This document shows positions 38,155 through 51,500 of a stretch of 64,000 nt of DNA, one piece after another; positions within the stretch are counted from its first letter, which is position 1; each line of letters opens with the position of its first letter. The DNA is taken from contig OZ237749.1 in assembly GCA_965178125.1 (NCBI GenBank), positions 744,001 through 808,000 on the forward strand, written 5' to 3'. The notes below the pieces were generated by a model, which was given only the letters and a program-made list of their open reading frames with translations, ran no database searches and was not told the origin of the DNA. The translations under genes were made by a program, and so were the position numbers. The DNA is from Bilabrum cf. latius (lineage: Eukaryota).

Positions 38155-39321
38155 TCACTGCCTATCATTGCCAGCCTCCACCTCCGCCGCCCACTCGCTC
38201 GCTTCCTTCTCCAGGGCACGCAGGTGCTCCCCCACACGCGCGGCAGCCAGGCTGTAGTACTTGTTCCGGAGTTCCAGCTCCCTGTCAGACATGGGAAGGC
38301 TGTAGGAAAGGGGACTGGCTAGGGGTGGAGGGTCAGAACTCGGGTGAGCTAGCACGATATCCCGCCCCTCAGGCGGTGACATGGCACCATCGCTGCCGGT
38401 GCCAGCGCCGCTCATGGCACCCCCCTGTGCAGCAGAGCCTGGGCCATCGGTTCTTGGACTTGAAGCAGCCACTGCACTAAGCTTGCCACTACCACCACCG
38501 CTCCTTCTCTCCCCTTCGCTGCCCCGCTCAGGCAGCCTCGCAGCCTGTATCATCCGCACCTCTTCCGATGCCTCCCTGTGGATGAACCCCTCCTTCTCCA
38601 TCTCATCGCGGTATTCCCTCCGTATATCATCCATGGGGACAGGATCACCCACAAACACCCCAAGCTGTTTCATGAAAACGAGCGGGATTGGAACCTTGGT
38701 TCCGCGTGGCAAGACCTGCTCCATGCCGCGATGATAGAATGGCAAAACGATCGGTGCTTCTCTCGCATCGCATACGAGCCTCCCTACGCCGGTACGGATT
38801 TTGCCCATTTCGCCAATCTTTCGTGATCTTGTACCTTCGGGAAAGAAGTGCACCCATTCCCCTTCGTCTAAGCGACGCACCATATCAGTCATCCAGCCCT
38901 ACATCAATCCGGCGCCCCGCTGGACCGGCAAGACCTTTCCCTTTCTAAGAATGGTAGCCACCGCAGTATTCTTAAAGCATCTATCGGTGGCGCAAGGAGT
39001 GTACCGCATTAATTGTGGCTTTAGGCACTATTCCCAGCTGATCAACGTGGAAAGGGCACCCGGGTCATCGATCGCCGTCGTATGGTTGGAAACAGTCACA
39101 ATCCCTCGCTTCTTCAGCTGGCGCTCCTTATCGACTAACGCTTTCTAGAAGACCTCGGCTCGCCTCAATTCAGTCTTGTTGAGGATATGCATCACAAACT
39201 TGGAGTACACGCCGAGGAACCCAATCATGAGGCGGCTAACCAGGTCTTTCCCATCAGAATCACTCCCAGTTTTGCCTGCATATAGATCTGGATATGGTTT
39301 ACCTGGTTTAGGTGCGGCCAT
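38155..39321 (-). CDS. TAZ: Tafazzin-family phospholipid transacylase, 388 aa
   Basis: VTVSNHTTAIDDP (HxxxxD), MRYTPCATDRCF, VLPVQRGAGLM*GWM, EWVHFFPEG and PIVLPFYHRGM. TAGs at 39145, 39028 and 38899 are read through; ends in TGA. Confidence 0.92.
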
Positions 39322-39562
39322 ATCGCAAGGGCCACTCGAGCCAAGCGAGGTGAAGTCCGGCAGGTGTCTCTGTTGTAGTGGCTCCGGATTTCGCCAGCCG
39401 CGGCCAAGGTGCATGCTGCAGGCTTGTCATGCGGTCAATTGGTAGGACTCGGTTGATGCGAGACAATACGTGATGCCCAGCGCTGCACGGTATAATGGTA
39501 TTCAAGGCTGGATCAAATTCGAGCCACACAAGGGCCAAGGTAGACTACCGGGGTTCTTGCCC

Positions 39563-42500
39563 TCACCCAGTGCCGCGGAAACTGCCCGACTTCTTTAGCA
39601 TCCTGCGCATCTCAGCGTTCGAAGAAGAAGCCTTTGGCATCCCCATGCCTCGGTTTGCCGTTGGTGTCCTTGCGAACCCAGCCCCTACACCAGCCCCTAC
39701 ACCTGACCCCCGGGGCCCACCCATGCCCCTCGGAGAACCCATCCCCCGAGGGCCTCCCATGCCCCTGTGCGCACCACCTCCTGGCAGTGCACCAGGCCTC
39801 CCACGAGACCCTCCTGCCACGAAGGAGCCGGCGCCGACCATCCGTCCTCCAGCGAATCCAGCCCCGGGCCGGGGAGAGCCCATGCCCTTTCCCTCGGCTC
39901 CCGCCCTCCCCTGATGTCGCTGCTGCAGGCGGCTGCCAACTGCGGACGGACGGCGGTCTCCCAACCGCCCCCCGGCTCCGGCAGCAGCATTGTACGGCTC
40001 CATACCTGCCTGTATCTGCGCATGCGTGCCTGAGGTGCCGAGCAGCTTGCCAGCGCCGGCGCCACCGCGCCTGCCCGGTGATCCTGGGAACCTCTTTCCG
40101 CCCCGATTGGCAGCGCCGAAGCCCTCTTCGCCGATGCCACCAGGGTGAGATGTCATCACAAGCTCATCGTGCGCTCCAAAATTATCACCAGAGCTTTGGC
40201 TGGATTGGGTAGGGCCCGCTATGTCGCGACCCGCGCCCTGCCTGCACCTCACGATCAGAAGTGCGGCAATAATGACCACGACGACGCAAGCTATCGCAAT
40301 GCAGATGCCCGCGGCGGCCCAAAACTCGCCGTCCGTCCAGCCATCTCCGTCCCCATCTGTGTCGCCGCCACCAGACGAAGTGACCACTGTTCTGACGCGC
40401 TCTGTCTTGGGAGCTGAGAGCAGAGCCACGCCCGTGGTGCTCGCTCCAGCTTGCTGAAACCTGTCGTCGGTGTTGATCTGGGTGGCCAGGCTACCGGAAG
40501 ATGCGCTGGACTCCACGGCATCTGCCACGTTGTCTGTCACGTCCGATCCCGCTGAGTCTCCAGAGAGCGAGGTTGAGAACTGCACGTTTGTGCCCTGCTG
40601 CAGCCTCCGCCTACTGCCCCCCGAGGAACCGGCGTCGATGGCACCGATGCTGATGTTGGAGGCCGACATGCCCGACCGCTGTTCCTCAGGAAGAGCGGCA
40701 CGCACAATGCCGGCCACGATCTCGCGGAAGGCCAGCTGCAGATCCTAGGATGCAGAGAACACGACGCTGTCCAGGCCAGTCAGCTCCGTGTCGAACTCAA
40801 CTTCCGCCGTCGTGCTGTCCTGCACGATGACAACGGTCGAGACGGGACAGCTTGGGGCCGGGCTCTACGCGGCAGCGGCAGCGCTGTTGGACGGCGACGG
40901 TGAAGCAGTACTTGCTGGGCTGGCAGTCGGGCTGGTGGCCGCTGGAGAGCCCACCACAGGTGAGCTGGACGCGCTAGACCCGGGGCTTTGCGTCACGGAA
41001 GGCGCCATCGACGGAGACGGCGTGCTGCTCACCCCAGCGCTGCAGCTGTCCGTGTAAGCGATCGTCACGATCAGGTCATCCGCAGCCACGGAGCACCCAT
41101 CCGTCACGTAGTATCGGAATACGTACGTGCCAACGTGGGTGGGCACAAACCAAGCGCTCTATCCCGCTGCATAGAATGTCATAGTTTCAGAACCGACCGA
41201 CACAGAAGGAGGCGAACCAGGCAGTGGCGCGGGGACCTGAGCTCCAGGGGGAACAGTCTCAACTGCCCAAGCCGAGGAGAGCTGCCTAAACTGCGAGGGT
41301 GCATCCGCCAGGTTTGAAACTCCAAGCGATGCGATGCCCGCCAGGCTAACGTTCGACGGCAGGGCATCGACGCCGGGTCGCAGCAGGATTGGCGCCACGG
41401 CAGTTGCCGCCGCAGACGGTCCCGTGGGACACACTACCTCGACTCTGAAGGTGCCGGTGGCCGGGGTGCTGCACCCATCGGATACTACAGCCTATACTTC
41501 GTAGCTACCGATTCCGTCCGGGACAAACTGAGCCAATCCACGCGTGGAACTGGACTGGACCCCACTGGCGGCGTCTACGCTAGTGGCGGACGCGATTTGC
41601 AGCTCGGCTGCTCTCGAGAACCCCATCGCGGAGGAGCCAGGACGGCGCACCCTTGGCAGCGTGGGCGAGTCATACAGGCTCCAGGAGTACGTCAGAGCAG
41701 AGGCTGGGGTGTCCGCGTCTGTGGTGCCTCGTGCGTCGAGTCCAACGGTCGAACCGAGCGTCCACACGCCCGAGGTCAGCCCCGTGCCCCTCTCTGCCTC
41801 ATCAAAGTCGTCGTCGCCAGGTCCATCGGAAAGCGGGGCAGAAATGGTACCGGAAGAGACCCTGCTGCTTTCATCGTCTGCTTCGATCTAGACCACGGGT
41901 GACTGGCCGCACGCAACCGTGATGCGGACGGTCTCAGTTCGAGTAGCGGCGGTGATGCCAGTGTTGCTGGAGCCTGCCATGCTGGGCGTCTCGGTGGTTG
42001 AGATTTGAAGCACGTACGTGCCTGCAGCATGCGGGAAGAAACGAGGTGACAGCACGTCAGCACCGTTGGGAAACAGATCCTGCATGGTCGCAGTGGCAGC
42101 ACCAGCCGGCTGAGAGACAACCGACCACTGCACGGAGAGCCCCAAGTCGTCGAGGGTCCTCGCCTGCGCCGGCGTACCCACGAGCTAGCCACGCAAATCG
42201 AGGTATCTCGTCTTCCAGAGGACAAAACCAGCGCCTGGAGTTAGCGACAGCGAGTAATCAGTCCCTGCAAACAGCATAGGCATGTCAGCTCCCACCACCA
42301 CCACTGCGTCTCCCTCGCTCACATAGCAGCCATCGGACGCAGACACCCTTGCCACGTACACGCCCGCCACATCCAACACCGCCGTTGCGGTGATTGACTC
42401 GGAGAAGACACCTTGTGTACCAATAGACGCCGTCTCAGAGCCCAGGGCTGGGGCATCTGCTGGGGGAAGGAAGCCATCCAGCCTGCTAAGCGGCGTGTTC

Positions 42501-45500
42501 TGGTCCACACCAGGCGCACCAATGTCCGTGACGAGTCTTGAGTTTGATGGCACCTGAGTCCAGCGCCATCTCCACAGCCTAGGTGCTCCCTGGGGGTGGT
42601 TAACCACGTCAGCTGAATTTGAGAGGCCAAACGAGACCTCCACGGCTTCGCCTGCTGCTGTAGACACCGTGCCAGCCTAAGGGGCAGGGCTTGGCGTAGG
42701 CAGCGTAGCAGAACCGTCGATCCCGCTCTACCCAGTCTGAGCTCCTGCAGCCACGAGCAGCGGCCCACTTGGCAGCCTAGTATGCACCTGCACGCCGGAA
42801 CCAGGCTCCAGGATGGAGAAGCTCTCCTGCGTGACGCCAGTCATGATTCCACGTACTGCCCCGGTTTCGAGCACGGGCCCATCGGCGCACACCGCCGTGA
42901 CCCGCACGGTGTCGGTGTCCACAGAGCAACCATCGTCGACTGAGATCTGTAGCTCATACGTTCCCAGCCCGTCTGGTGTCAGGGTCGGCATCGACGTTGA
43001 GCTGCTGCCAATGCTGCTGGTGCGGATGTTCGATGCTGACATTGACTAGATTGATGCTGCGTGGCCCACGCGGGACACTGCGGCTGGACTCGCAGCAGCA
43101 CCACCTGGTTTCCGCACAGATGGTATCGACAGAAGCATCCAAGAGTAGATCAATCCATCTGGCGACTCCTCATCGGTCGAGGCCGAGCCGTTGATGCTGG
43201 CTGACGTGCCCAGCACCACCTCGATATCGTCGCCTGCATCTGCCCTTGGTCTCGACGAGCATTCCACCACCAGCCTTGCGACACCAGAGCGGAACGCGCA
43301 GCCAACGAAGGCCTCCACTCTCAGCTCGTAGCTACCAGCGATTGAAGCAGTCACTGCAGGCCGCAACACACCACTATTCTCGATCGTAGCAGACCCGCCC
43401 GCTGGTGTGCTTATCACGGCCCACCTCAGCCCAGTCACGCCGATCGTCTGCTCTTCCGCTTCGCTGAGAGCAACCCCGGTGGAGCTGACTAGTCCGACTC
43501 TATCGAGCTCAAACCGCTGCGCAATGGGAACTAGGTACGAGCCGCCAGTGTCCAGCGATGGCGCCTCTTCCTGAATGCTCCACTCGAACTTGAGCTGGGG
43601 AAGCGCCGGTGCCGCATCTGCTGCGCTTCCCACCGAGTCTGATGACGAGGGTCCATTGTAGTAGGGGCTTGGAAGCCTGTTCTGGGAGTAGCTTTGGCTG
43701 CCAAGGTAGGCTGCATAGTCAAACGCACCCGCGAGATCAACCCATGCCCCGACCGGGACGGTGGCGGACTGCAGCTGCACTGGTGGCGTGGGCGCTGGGG
43801 AGGCTCCACCCGTTCGAGCAGTTGCGTCTGCAATCCTGGACCTTAGCCCGCCTGTAGCAGACACTGGGTTGGTTTCTGGGGCGGCACAAAGCACGTGAAT
43901 GTGTACAACGTCTCGGACGCTCGCACATCCATCGGTCGCGATCAGAACTAGGCTGTAGGTGCCGGTACGCCGTGCAACAAACGAGGGCATCAGCGTGGTT
44001 GCGTTCATGATGTGCGGTACGTCCATGGAGCCAACGCCGAGGCTGAATACCCCACCGGTGGAGTTGCCTGGACCACCCAAGCTTGCCGGAACTGCCTCAT
44101 CGCCGTTCTCCGCGTATGGTACCGATGTGAACTCCCATCGAACAGCCACTGAGCTCGACGCGTTATTTGAAGCGTCTGTCATGCTGCCATTGCCCATCAT
44201 GCTTGCGTTGCCTATATTTTCCTACACGGAGCCATGCAGCTGGATAATGATGCCGTTCTCCTCTGAAGCACCGATGACTGGCAGGCTTCCGTCATCGCTG
44301 ACGTTGCCGGCTGCGAGCACAGTCCCTGCAGTGCCGTTGGGACCATCCAGGGCTACAGCACCCGCGGTTGCCCAGAGCACCTCCAGGTTGTCCCCCGCAT
44401 CGATCTCGGGAAGCTGAGCGCATACAGCCTCCACCTGCATCTCGGCCGTGGAAGATGAGCATCCGTCCGACACGGTGACGCGGAACCTGTACGTACCCGG
44501 GATATCGGGAATGAAAGTGGCCACAGCATTGAAGGCATCTCCGATAGAAAGGCGCTGGGAACCGATCGGCGATTCAATCAGTTCCCACGTAAACGACATA
44601 TCGTCGTGTCCCCACGGGGTCACGCTCGCATCAAGAGTCGCAGTAGCATTGAGCACCGCAGCGGGGCCGATGAAGCCACCGTTGGTGTCGGCAAGGTCGC
44701 CCGTGTCAGCGGACCCGCGGGCAAGCACCGGACGCAATGCGTCGCTGGTCAGCGATCTCGGGGCGCGCAGTGCAATGGGAATGAGCATATCAGCTCCATC
44801 GCCAGAAGGGCGACCAAATTCACCGGCTACATTGGCGGTTGCCTGCTGCAGACTGGCAGCGGAAGTCACGCCGCCGGCACCCGACACCTCCGTCGATGAG
44901 AGGCCAGCTCCCACTCCAGCAAAGCTTGATCCCAGTACTTCATCATCGTCTGAGCCAGAGCTTCCCAGGATCTCACCACCGGCGCCATCAGATGATCCTG
45001 CTCCGAGCAAGGAGGCTCCAGTCAGCGGCACGGTAACCACAGATTCCGAAACTTGCGCAGTAGGCCCAGCGTTGCACGTTGCCACCACCCTTACGGTAGC
45101 AGTAGACACGCCGCAGCTCGCCCTGTCATCGGCAGCGTCAGGAGAGTCTGAAGCAGTTAGTGTGAATTCGTACATGCCCTCCATATCTGGTTCAGCCACC
45201 GCGGCTCCGGGGAATGCTCCAACACCCAGAGGCAGGGGCGCTGGGGCCACCCGGGAGCCCCCTACAGCAGCCAACCGGGAGCCAGTTGGGGCGGCGGTCA
45301 CTCTCCACCGATAATACAAGCCTGCTGCCGTGGCACCCGCCGCTGCGAGCTCAGGGTTGAGAATTACAGGGGCAAACCTGGGAGCAACAGGACCGGCAAT
45401 GACTCCGTCACTGGATTCAAGGGCAACAAGCGCGGATTCTCGCTCCATCGGGCTCAGCCTGGCCAAGTCAACGCTGTTGAGCAGCCCTGGATACCTTCCC

Positions 45501-48500
45501 CACCTGGATACGAAACTAGCCGAGCCGAACGAGTCCTCCGCCGCCATCGAGGCTGCATCTCCTTCAGCGACAGCAGGGGCGTTTGGCATTGTGGCCGGCT
45601 CCCCTGATTCTAACAGGCTCATTGCCCTAGCACTGGCGAATGCAACCGGCGGTGGTCCGCAATTTGCAACGACAAGCACATTGGCGAAACCGGACTCGCA
45701 CCGCATGCCGGCTTCAGCCGGAGGCAGCTCTGCAAGTGGAGTCGACAGGTCACGTCCAGGTGCTGATGACGCAAAGACACGGAAGCTGTAAGTCCCGGGC
45801 ACAGTAGGGATGAAGTACGCAGTGCTGGACGAGCTGTTACCTATCGCAACACCATGGCGAGCAAACTCAGCCACGTCAGACACGCTGGGTGCCGTCGCAT
45901 CTGGATCCGCAGCAAGCACGACATCAGCCAGGTACGCCGATCGTGCCGCCAAAATAGGGGCACTTACGACCTTCCATTGGTAGAACATGCGGGTGCTGGA
46001 TAGCGCGCTCGATGCGAGCGCCCCGGTCACCTGAGCAGAGGCCCTCATGGTCACGCTGCTGGCGAGCATGGCGCCACGGAGGCGATTGACAGCTTCGCGC
46101 ATCGCGGTTGCGCGGGTCTACCCCAAGCCAATGGCTCTTTGAGCAGTCTCGTGCGCTGCACGAGCAGCCTGTGCTCCTGTCCTGGCCTAGTCCATCGTCA
46201 CAGTGATGGATGACTGCTGTACCGTCACAGCCGGGGCCGGCGGACACTTGACTTCCACCTCGACGTCTAGAGAGGCCTCGGAGCAGCCGTCGTGGACGGT
46301 CAGACGGATCTTGTACATGCCGTACGCATCCGGCCGGAACATCGTCACGGCGTCGGGGTTTATGCGCCCCGCGGCGCGATGTGCCTCTGGTCCGCCGCCC
46401 AGCGATCGCAGCAGAGAGATCGCAGCTTCTGTCCCACCTGCGCCGGCCATGTCGTACGAAACAGATGCCGAGGCTACCTGAGCCGCGAACAAGCTGTTCG
46501 ATGTTGCATTCGGGTGCATGAGAGCGGGGCGCATGCTCTGTGAGCCGGTGGGGTATTCTACGACCTGCCATATGTATCGCAGTGGCTGAATGAAAGAGAA
46601 ATCGTCTCGTGCAAGGCCGAGGGCATCTTGCGTGGCATTGGCCGGGTCAGCCTGGTCGAATGACATGGATGCGTTGATGGTGATCTCAGGCATGATCACT
46701 GCACCGGTGCGCTAGGACGAAGCAACAGTAATGCTGTACGTTGCTGTTCCATCCGCTGCCCCATCGTCCTCGAGCCGCAATACGGCAGATTCCTGCGAGT
46801 CCGATGTCTCGCTTGCTCCAGGCGCATCCAGAGAATCATCGGCCTCGGAAAGCACGACATCAAGCACCGGCACGGGCGTGGGATTGCACTGAACTTCCAC
46901 CGTCATCTCGCGCTCGATCGCGCGGCAGCCATCCCAGACGCTCTGCACGATAGTATACACTCCCACGCCTGGCAACTCCAGCTGGGCGCTATTGTTCGTG
47001 GAGATCACTCCAGTGGACGGCGCCTCGTCAAAGAGGCACTGGCCGCCAAAGCTCGAGTGCCGATTGGTTATATCAACTAAAAATTCCTTAGCCCCCGTAG
47101 CAGATCCCGGGCTTTCCTCATATCCGACTGTTTCCTCCGGGCACTCCTAACTCAGCAGAGACCACGACAGCAGCGCCGGCACGGCAGTTAAGCTGCCGTT
47201 TGCGCTTGCGTTGAATTCGATCGTGACAGACCTATTCATGGCCCCACCCTCACTGAAGTCGTCGCCAACGTACTTGATGAAGGTGTGCGTCTCGGGAAGA
47301 GGTGGGAGGTCTGTGGTAGTCATGGGACAGACTACTCGAGCCGTCACATTTCCGCTCACATTGGTGCATCCATCGGACGCCAGAAAGCCCACGGTCCAGA
47401 CCCCAAGCTTTGTGGGGGCAACAGAGGCAGACGCAGCACGAACGGAAGCCTGATGTTCAGTACCATTGCCAACTAGGCGAGTCTCCCCATTGTCCATATC
47501 AGGCCCGTCTAGGAGCATGAGGGCACTGCCAGGCTCATCACCAGCGATCTGGGCAATCGTGCCAGCGCCCGGACCCGAGTAGACTCCCTCGGACTCATGG
47601 AACGCTGAGGTCCACTCCACGTACAAGGCATCGGTGTCAAAGTCTAAGGCTTCGATGGAGAAGTTCAGCGGAGGGATAGTCGACGTCGCGACATCCACCA
47701 CTGACACGAGATCGCTACGTGACAGCAGTCGCGTCAAGTTCAGCACGGGAGCATCGTTACATGCCGAGGCCACGATTGCAACGTCCACCCCCAATCCGCT
47801 GCCATCCGAGGCATTCACGCGTATCATAGACATACCGTGGTGCTCGGTTGTGAACATCGGGCGCTGAATCTTGCTTGCAGGCACTTCAGGCGATAGCGAA
47901 GTACCCGTCTTGACCTCTTCAGCATCGGCTGGTACTAGGGTATCAACGTATTCGAGCAAAAAGGAAGTCCCGGGTAGCACTCCAACAGAAATGGAGGCGT
48001 TGGAAGGCACGCCGGCCGACATGCTCAGCTCTGCAGGTGCCAGTGCAACCTGATGAGAGCCAAGTGCGCCCTCCAGTAGGTGCTCAGACGTGACCACACG
48101 GCTTGAACTAGCCACGGAGAATGAGCCGGACGACAAAAAGGACCCGCTGGCAGCTCGTAGTGCCAAGAAGCGATCTGACTGGTTGGAGCCAGGCGGAGAC
48201 AGGGGACCTGCGGCATAGCCCATGAATGCCCATTCCAGGTCGATATCCTCTTGATTGCTATCAGAGTCTGTTGGAGAGTCTGATCCCAACTGAATCGCAT
48301 CAAACGCCTGCATCCCAGGCACAGGTAGGCCAGTGTCGGCAGTGTCAGTCTGCCATTGAGAGAGCAGCACGTCAATGTTGTCATCATCATCAACATTTTC
48401 GGAGTCATCGACCTCGCCGGCGTACTGGTCCCCGTTGTCCTCTGCAACAAGGGCAGTTTCGTTGGCAGCCTGCGGATCTGGGGCGATGCTTGCCTCGGCA

Positions 48501-51500
48501 AGTAGCGTTACATTCGTTCGTACGACGGTGCAGCCATCAGTGACCGTCACGATGAACATGCTCTCGCCCAGCACCGAGGGCACAAACTCCAGAAAGAAGC
48601 CGTCGTGCGCCGAGCTGGCAGGCAGGCGCAGGCCCGGGTCAGTGAAAGACACGTTGGGGGCGGGCACAAGAGCGGGTACGGGGTTTGCCGGCAACATGAC
48701 GCGCGCTGCGACATCCGTGCTCTCCAGCGGACCCACGAAATCCAAGTACTCAAGGGTGAGGTTCATGCCACCCAGGTCGCCCTGAAAGCCAACGGTACCC
48801 GTCGCGTTGAGAAACACCGGATTAAATGCCCGAGAAGATGCATTCCAGCGGGTCACCAGCTCGCGAGAGGTCAACACAACAGCAGGGGCCGCGGGACACT
48901 GGGACACCACCTCAACCTAGGTCGAGTCATCCGAGCAGCGATCGCTGGCCTTCGCAGTGGCACCCCACCGCCCCAAGAACCTGGGCGTCAGCGACGCAAC
49001 GCCAGATGTACCGCCGCTTGCGAATGCGGCTGAGTCGCCCAGCGTGATGTTGTCAGGTGCTAGCACCTCGGGCCGGAACGAGTACGCGTTGATATCGTGC
49101 TCTGGCGATCCTTGGGCCGGGAATGGCGACAACGGGACAGTGTCAGCCGTGAAAAACTGGACAGAGTCAAGCTCCCAGGTGAGGTCCAGGCTATCCTGAT
49201 CCGCGTCGGTGCTCGTAGTCGCGTTAAGTGCCACGGAAGAGAATCCCAGGCCCTCCCATCGGCTCGTGTACGTGGACTCAGTAGACCCTGCATCTGGTTC
49301 CGCATTACAAGTCACCACAAACACCGCATCATCGCTGCCGTACCTGCAACCATCGTCAGTCACGTACACTACGCGATACATGCCACCGGCCCGGGGTGTG
49401 ACCCGGATCGTGTCGATCAGAGCTACCGAATCATTATTCATAGTCTCGCTCACATTGGTCCAAAGCGGGGACTATCCGCTACCGGAAACCGTGATTGTCT
49501 CAATCTCAAAACGACCGCGGCCGAGCAGAGCAGACGCGTTGTAAAGCTATCCTGAGTGCCCACCGCCATTGACAGTCACAACCGCATCTACGAGTAGCTC
49601 CTCGAACACGGTTCCTGTCCAACTCACAGACACCGGATCACCAGTCAACGGGCTCCCGGTCATGTTGCTGCGCAATACAAGGCTGACCTCAGGTTTGGCA
49701 GGACAGGTACTGCGTATCACAACCGCTTCACGAGCAACGGAGCATCCGTCCGAAGCAGTCAGCTCAACGACTCGGCTACCAGCCGTGTACGGGGTGAAGG
49801 TAGCTACGGTACCATCACCTGCCATGGCAGGCACGCCGCCTTCAGCTTCAGATGCGTTGCCCAGCACTGGATCAAGCACAAACGACCCATTGGTGTCGTT
49901 CCGCAACTGTTCAGGCAAATCATCACCCGTAGTACCGTTGGACAAAAGGGGCTGCACGAACGAGCCGTCAAGCCCCTCGGCCAGATCGCTTCCAGGACTG
50001 GCGAAAGCACGGCCCTAGGCAGATCGCCATCGAAGGAGCGTGGTACCGGTCTGGTTGTCTGCCACCTCTACTTCGATGTCTCGAGAGCCAAACCCTTGCG
50101 CTGGTCCCATCCAAGCCAAATCAATGACATGTGTTACCCCTTCACCGAAGCCGAGGCTGGACTCAGTGCTCGTATGGAGGAATCGGATCGCAGGTGGGGC
50201 GTCGCAGGTGACCTGCACAGCAATGCTGTCGAAGCTGCCTGAGCAGCCGTCGTCGGCGGATACGCTGAAAACGTACGTGCCAACATGGGCGGGTCTGACC
50301 AGCTGCCTGGACGCATTGCCACCTGCGATGGCAACAGCCAAAGGTGCCAGCTCGTCTTCTACCAGCATGAGGATGTCGGTTGGGATCTCAGAAGTTGTTC
50401 CAGTCACTGGCATACCCTGGCCTTGGTCAATATCATCCTCGCCATCCGCGAAGGCAATCGTTGAAAGCAGCCCCTGCAGAACCTCGCCATCAGTGGGCGT
50501 TCTCATTGTGCCGTTGATTCCAACCAGCAGAGACTCATGCACGTACAAGGCACCATTGGGAGGCACAACAAGGACATCGAGCACGCTAGCATCGTCAGCA
50601 ACTGCCTTCGTGCTGTCTGGAAGCACTGCAGGGTCAAGTCCGATGGATCCATCCGGCACGAAGGACTCATCCGGTGCGGCGTACGACACAAGCTACCAGT
50701 GGAACCGCAGCACGTCGTGCTCTACGTCATAGCTCTCAGTCGCATCCAGGACGATTGCGGGTAGCGTGCCATTGGAGTCGGGGAAATCCAGCGGCGTGTA
50801 GTTGGCTGGCAAAGTTCCATTATTGAACGCCGTTGCATTGTCCATGTGCTACTGGGCCTCCTGCTCCGCCGCGGCGACAGCCTCAAAATCTGCGCCATAC
50901 TTCACAGCCAAAGCCTCGTCTTCCGTGCCTGCTTCCCACCCTGCCAACTGAATAGCAACAAGTTCGTCACTTGCATCGATGCTTCCGTTTGTGCCACTTT
51001 CAGCCGGCCCCGCTCTCGCTCTAGCCATCGGGGTACTCGAGCACGCCGAGATGACAGCAGCGTGCACTGTGTCAAACGAGCAGCCATCGCTCACCTTGCC
51101 CTCCAGCAACCAAGCCCCAAGGCGCGCACCGGCAACCAGTGCTTCTGAAGCAGCGATTCCAGCATCCAAATCGTACCCTACGCCGCTGAGGGGGCTGTCA
51201 GACGAGCCGTGAAGCAGGTCAGAGGGGGACCACCCAGGCAAGTCAAGGTCAGCGAACCCGGCATCGGCAGCCACTTGCGGGGGGAGCACCTCGGGTACAA
51301 AGTAGGAGCTTTGATCCCTGCGATGGAGACCTGAGGCAGGGTCTGCATGGTCAGCGGTGAAACCATGGGCGTAAACGTTGCCCGATGCATCCATGGTTCC
51401 GTTTGAAAACGAGTAGACGTACGCATCGGTAGCCACCGAATCTCCGAGCCAGTCGACAACCGACGAAGGCATGATCGAGTCAGCAGAGACCATCGGCATG

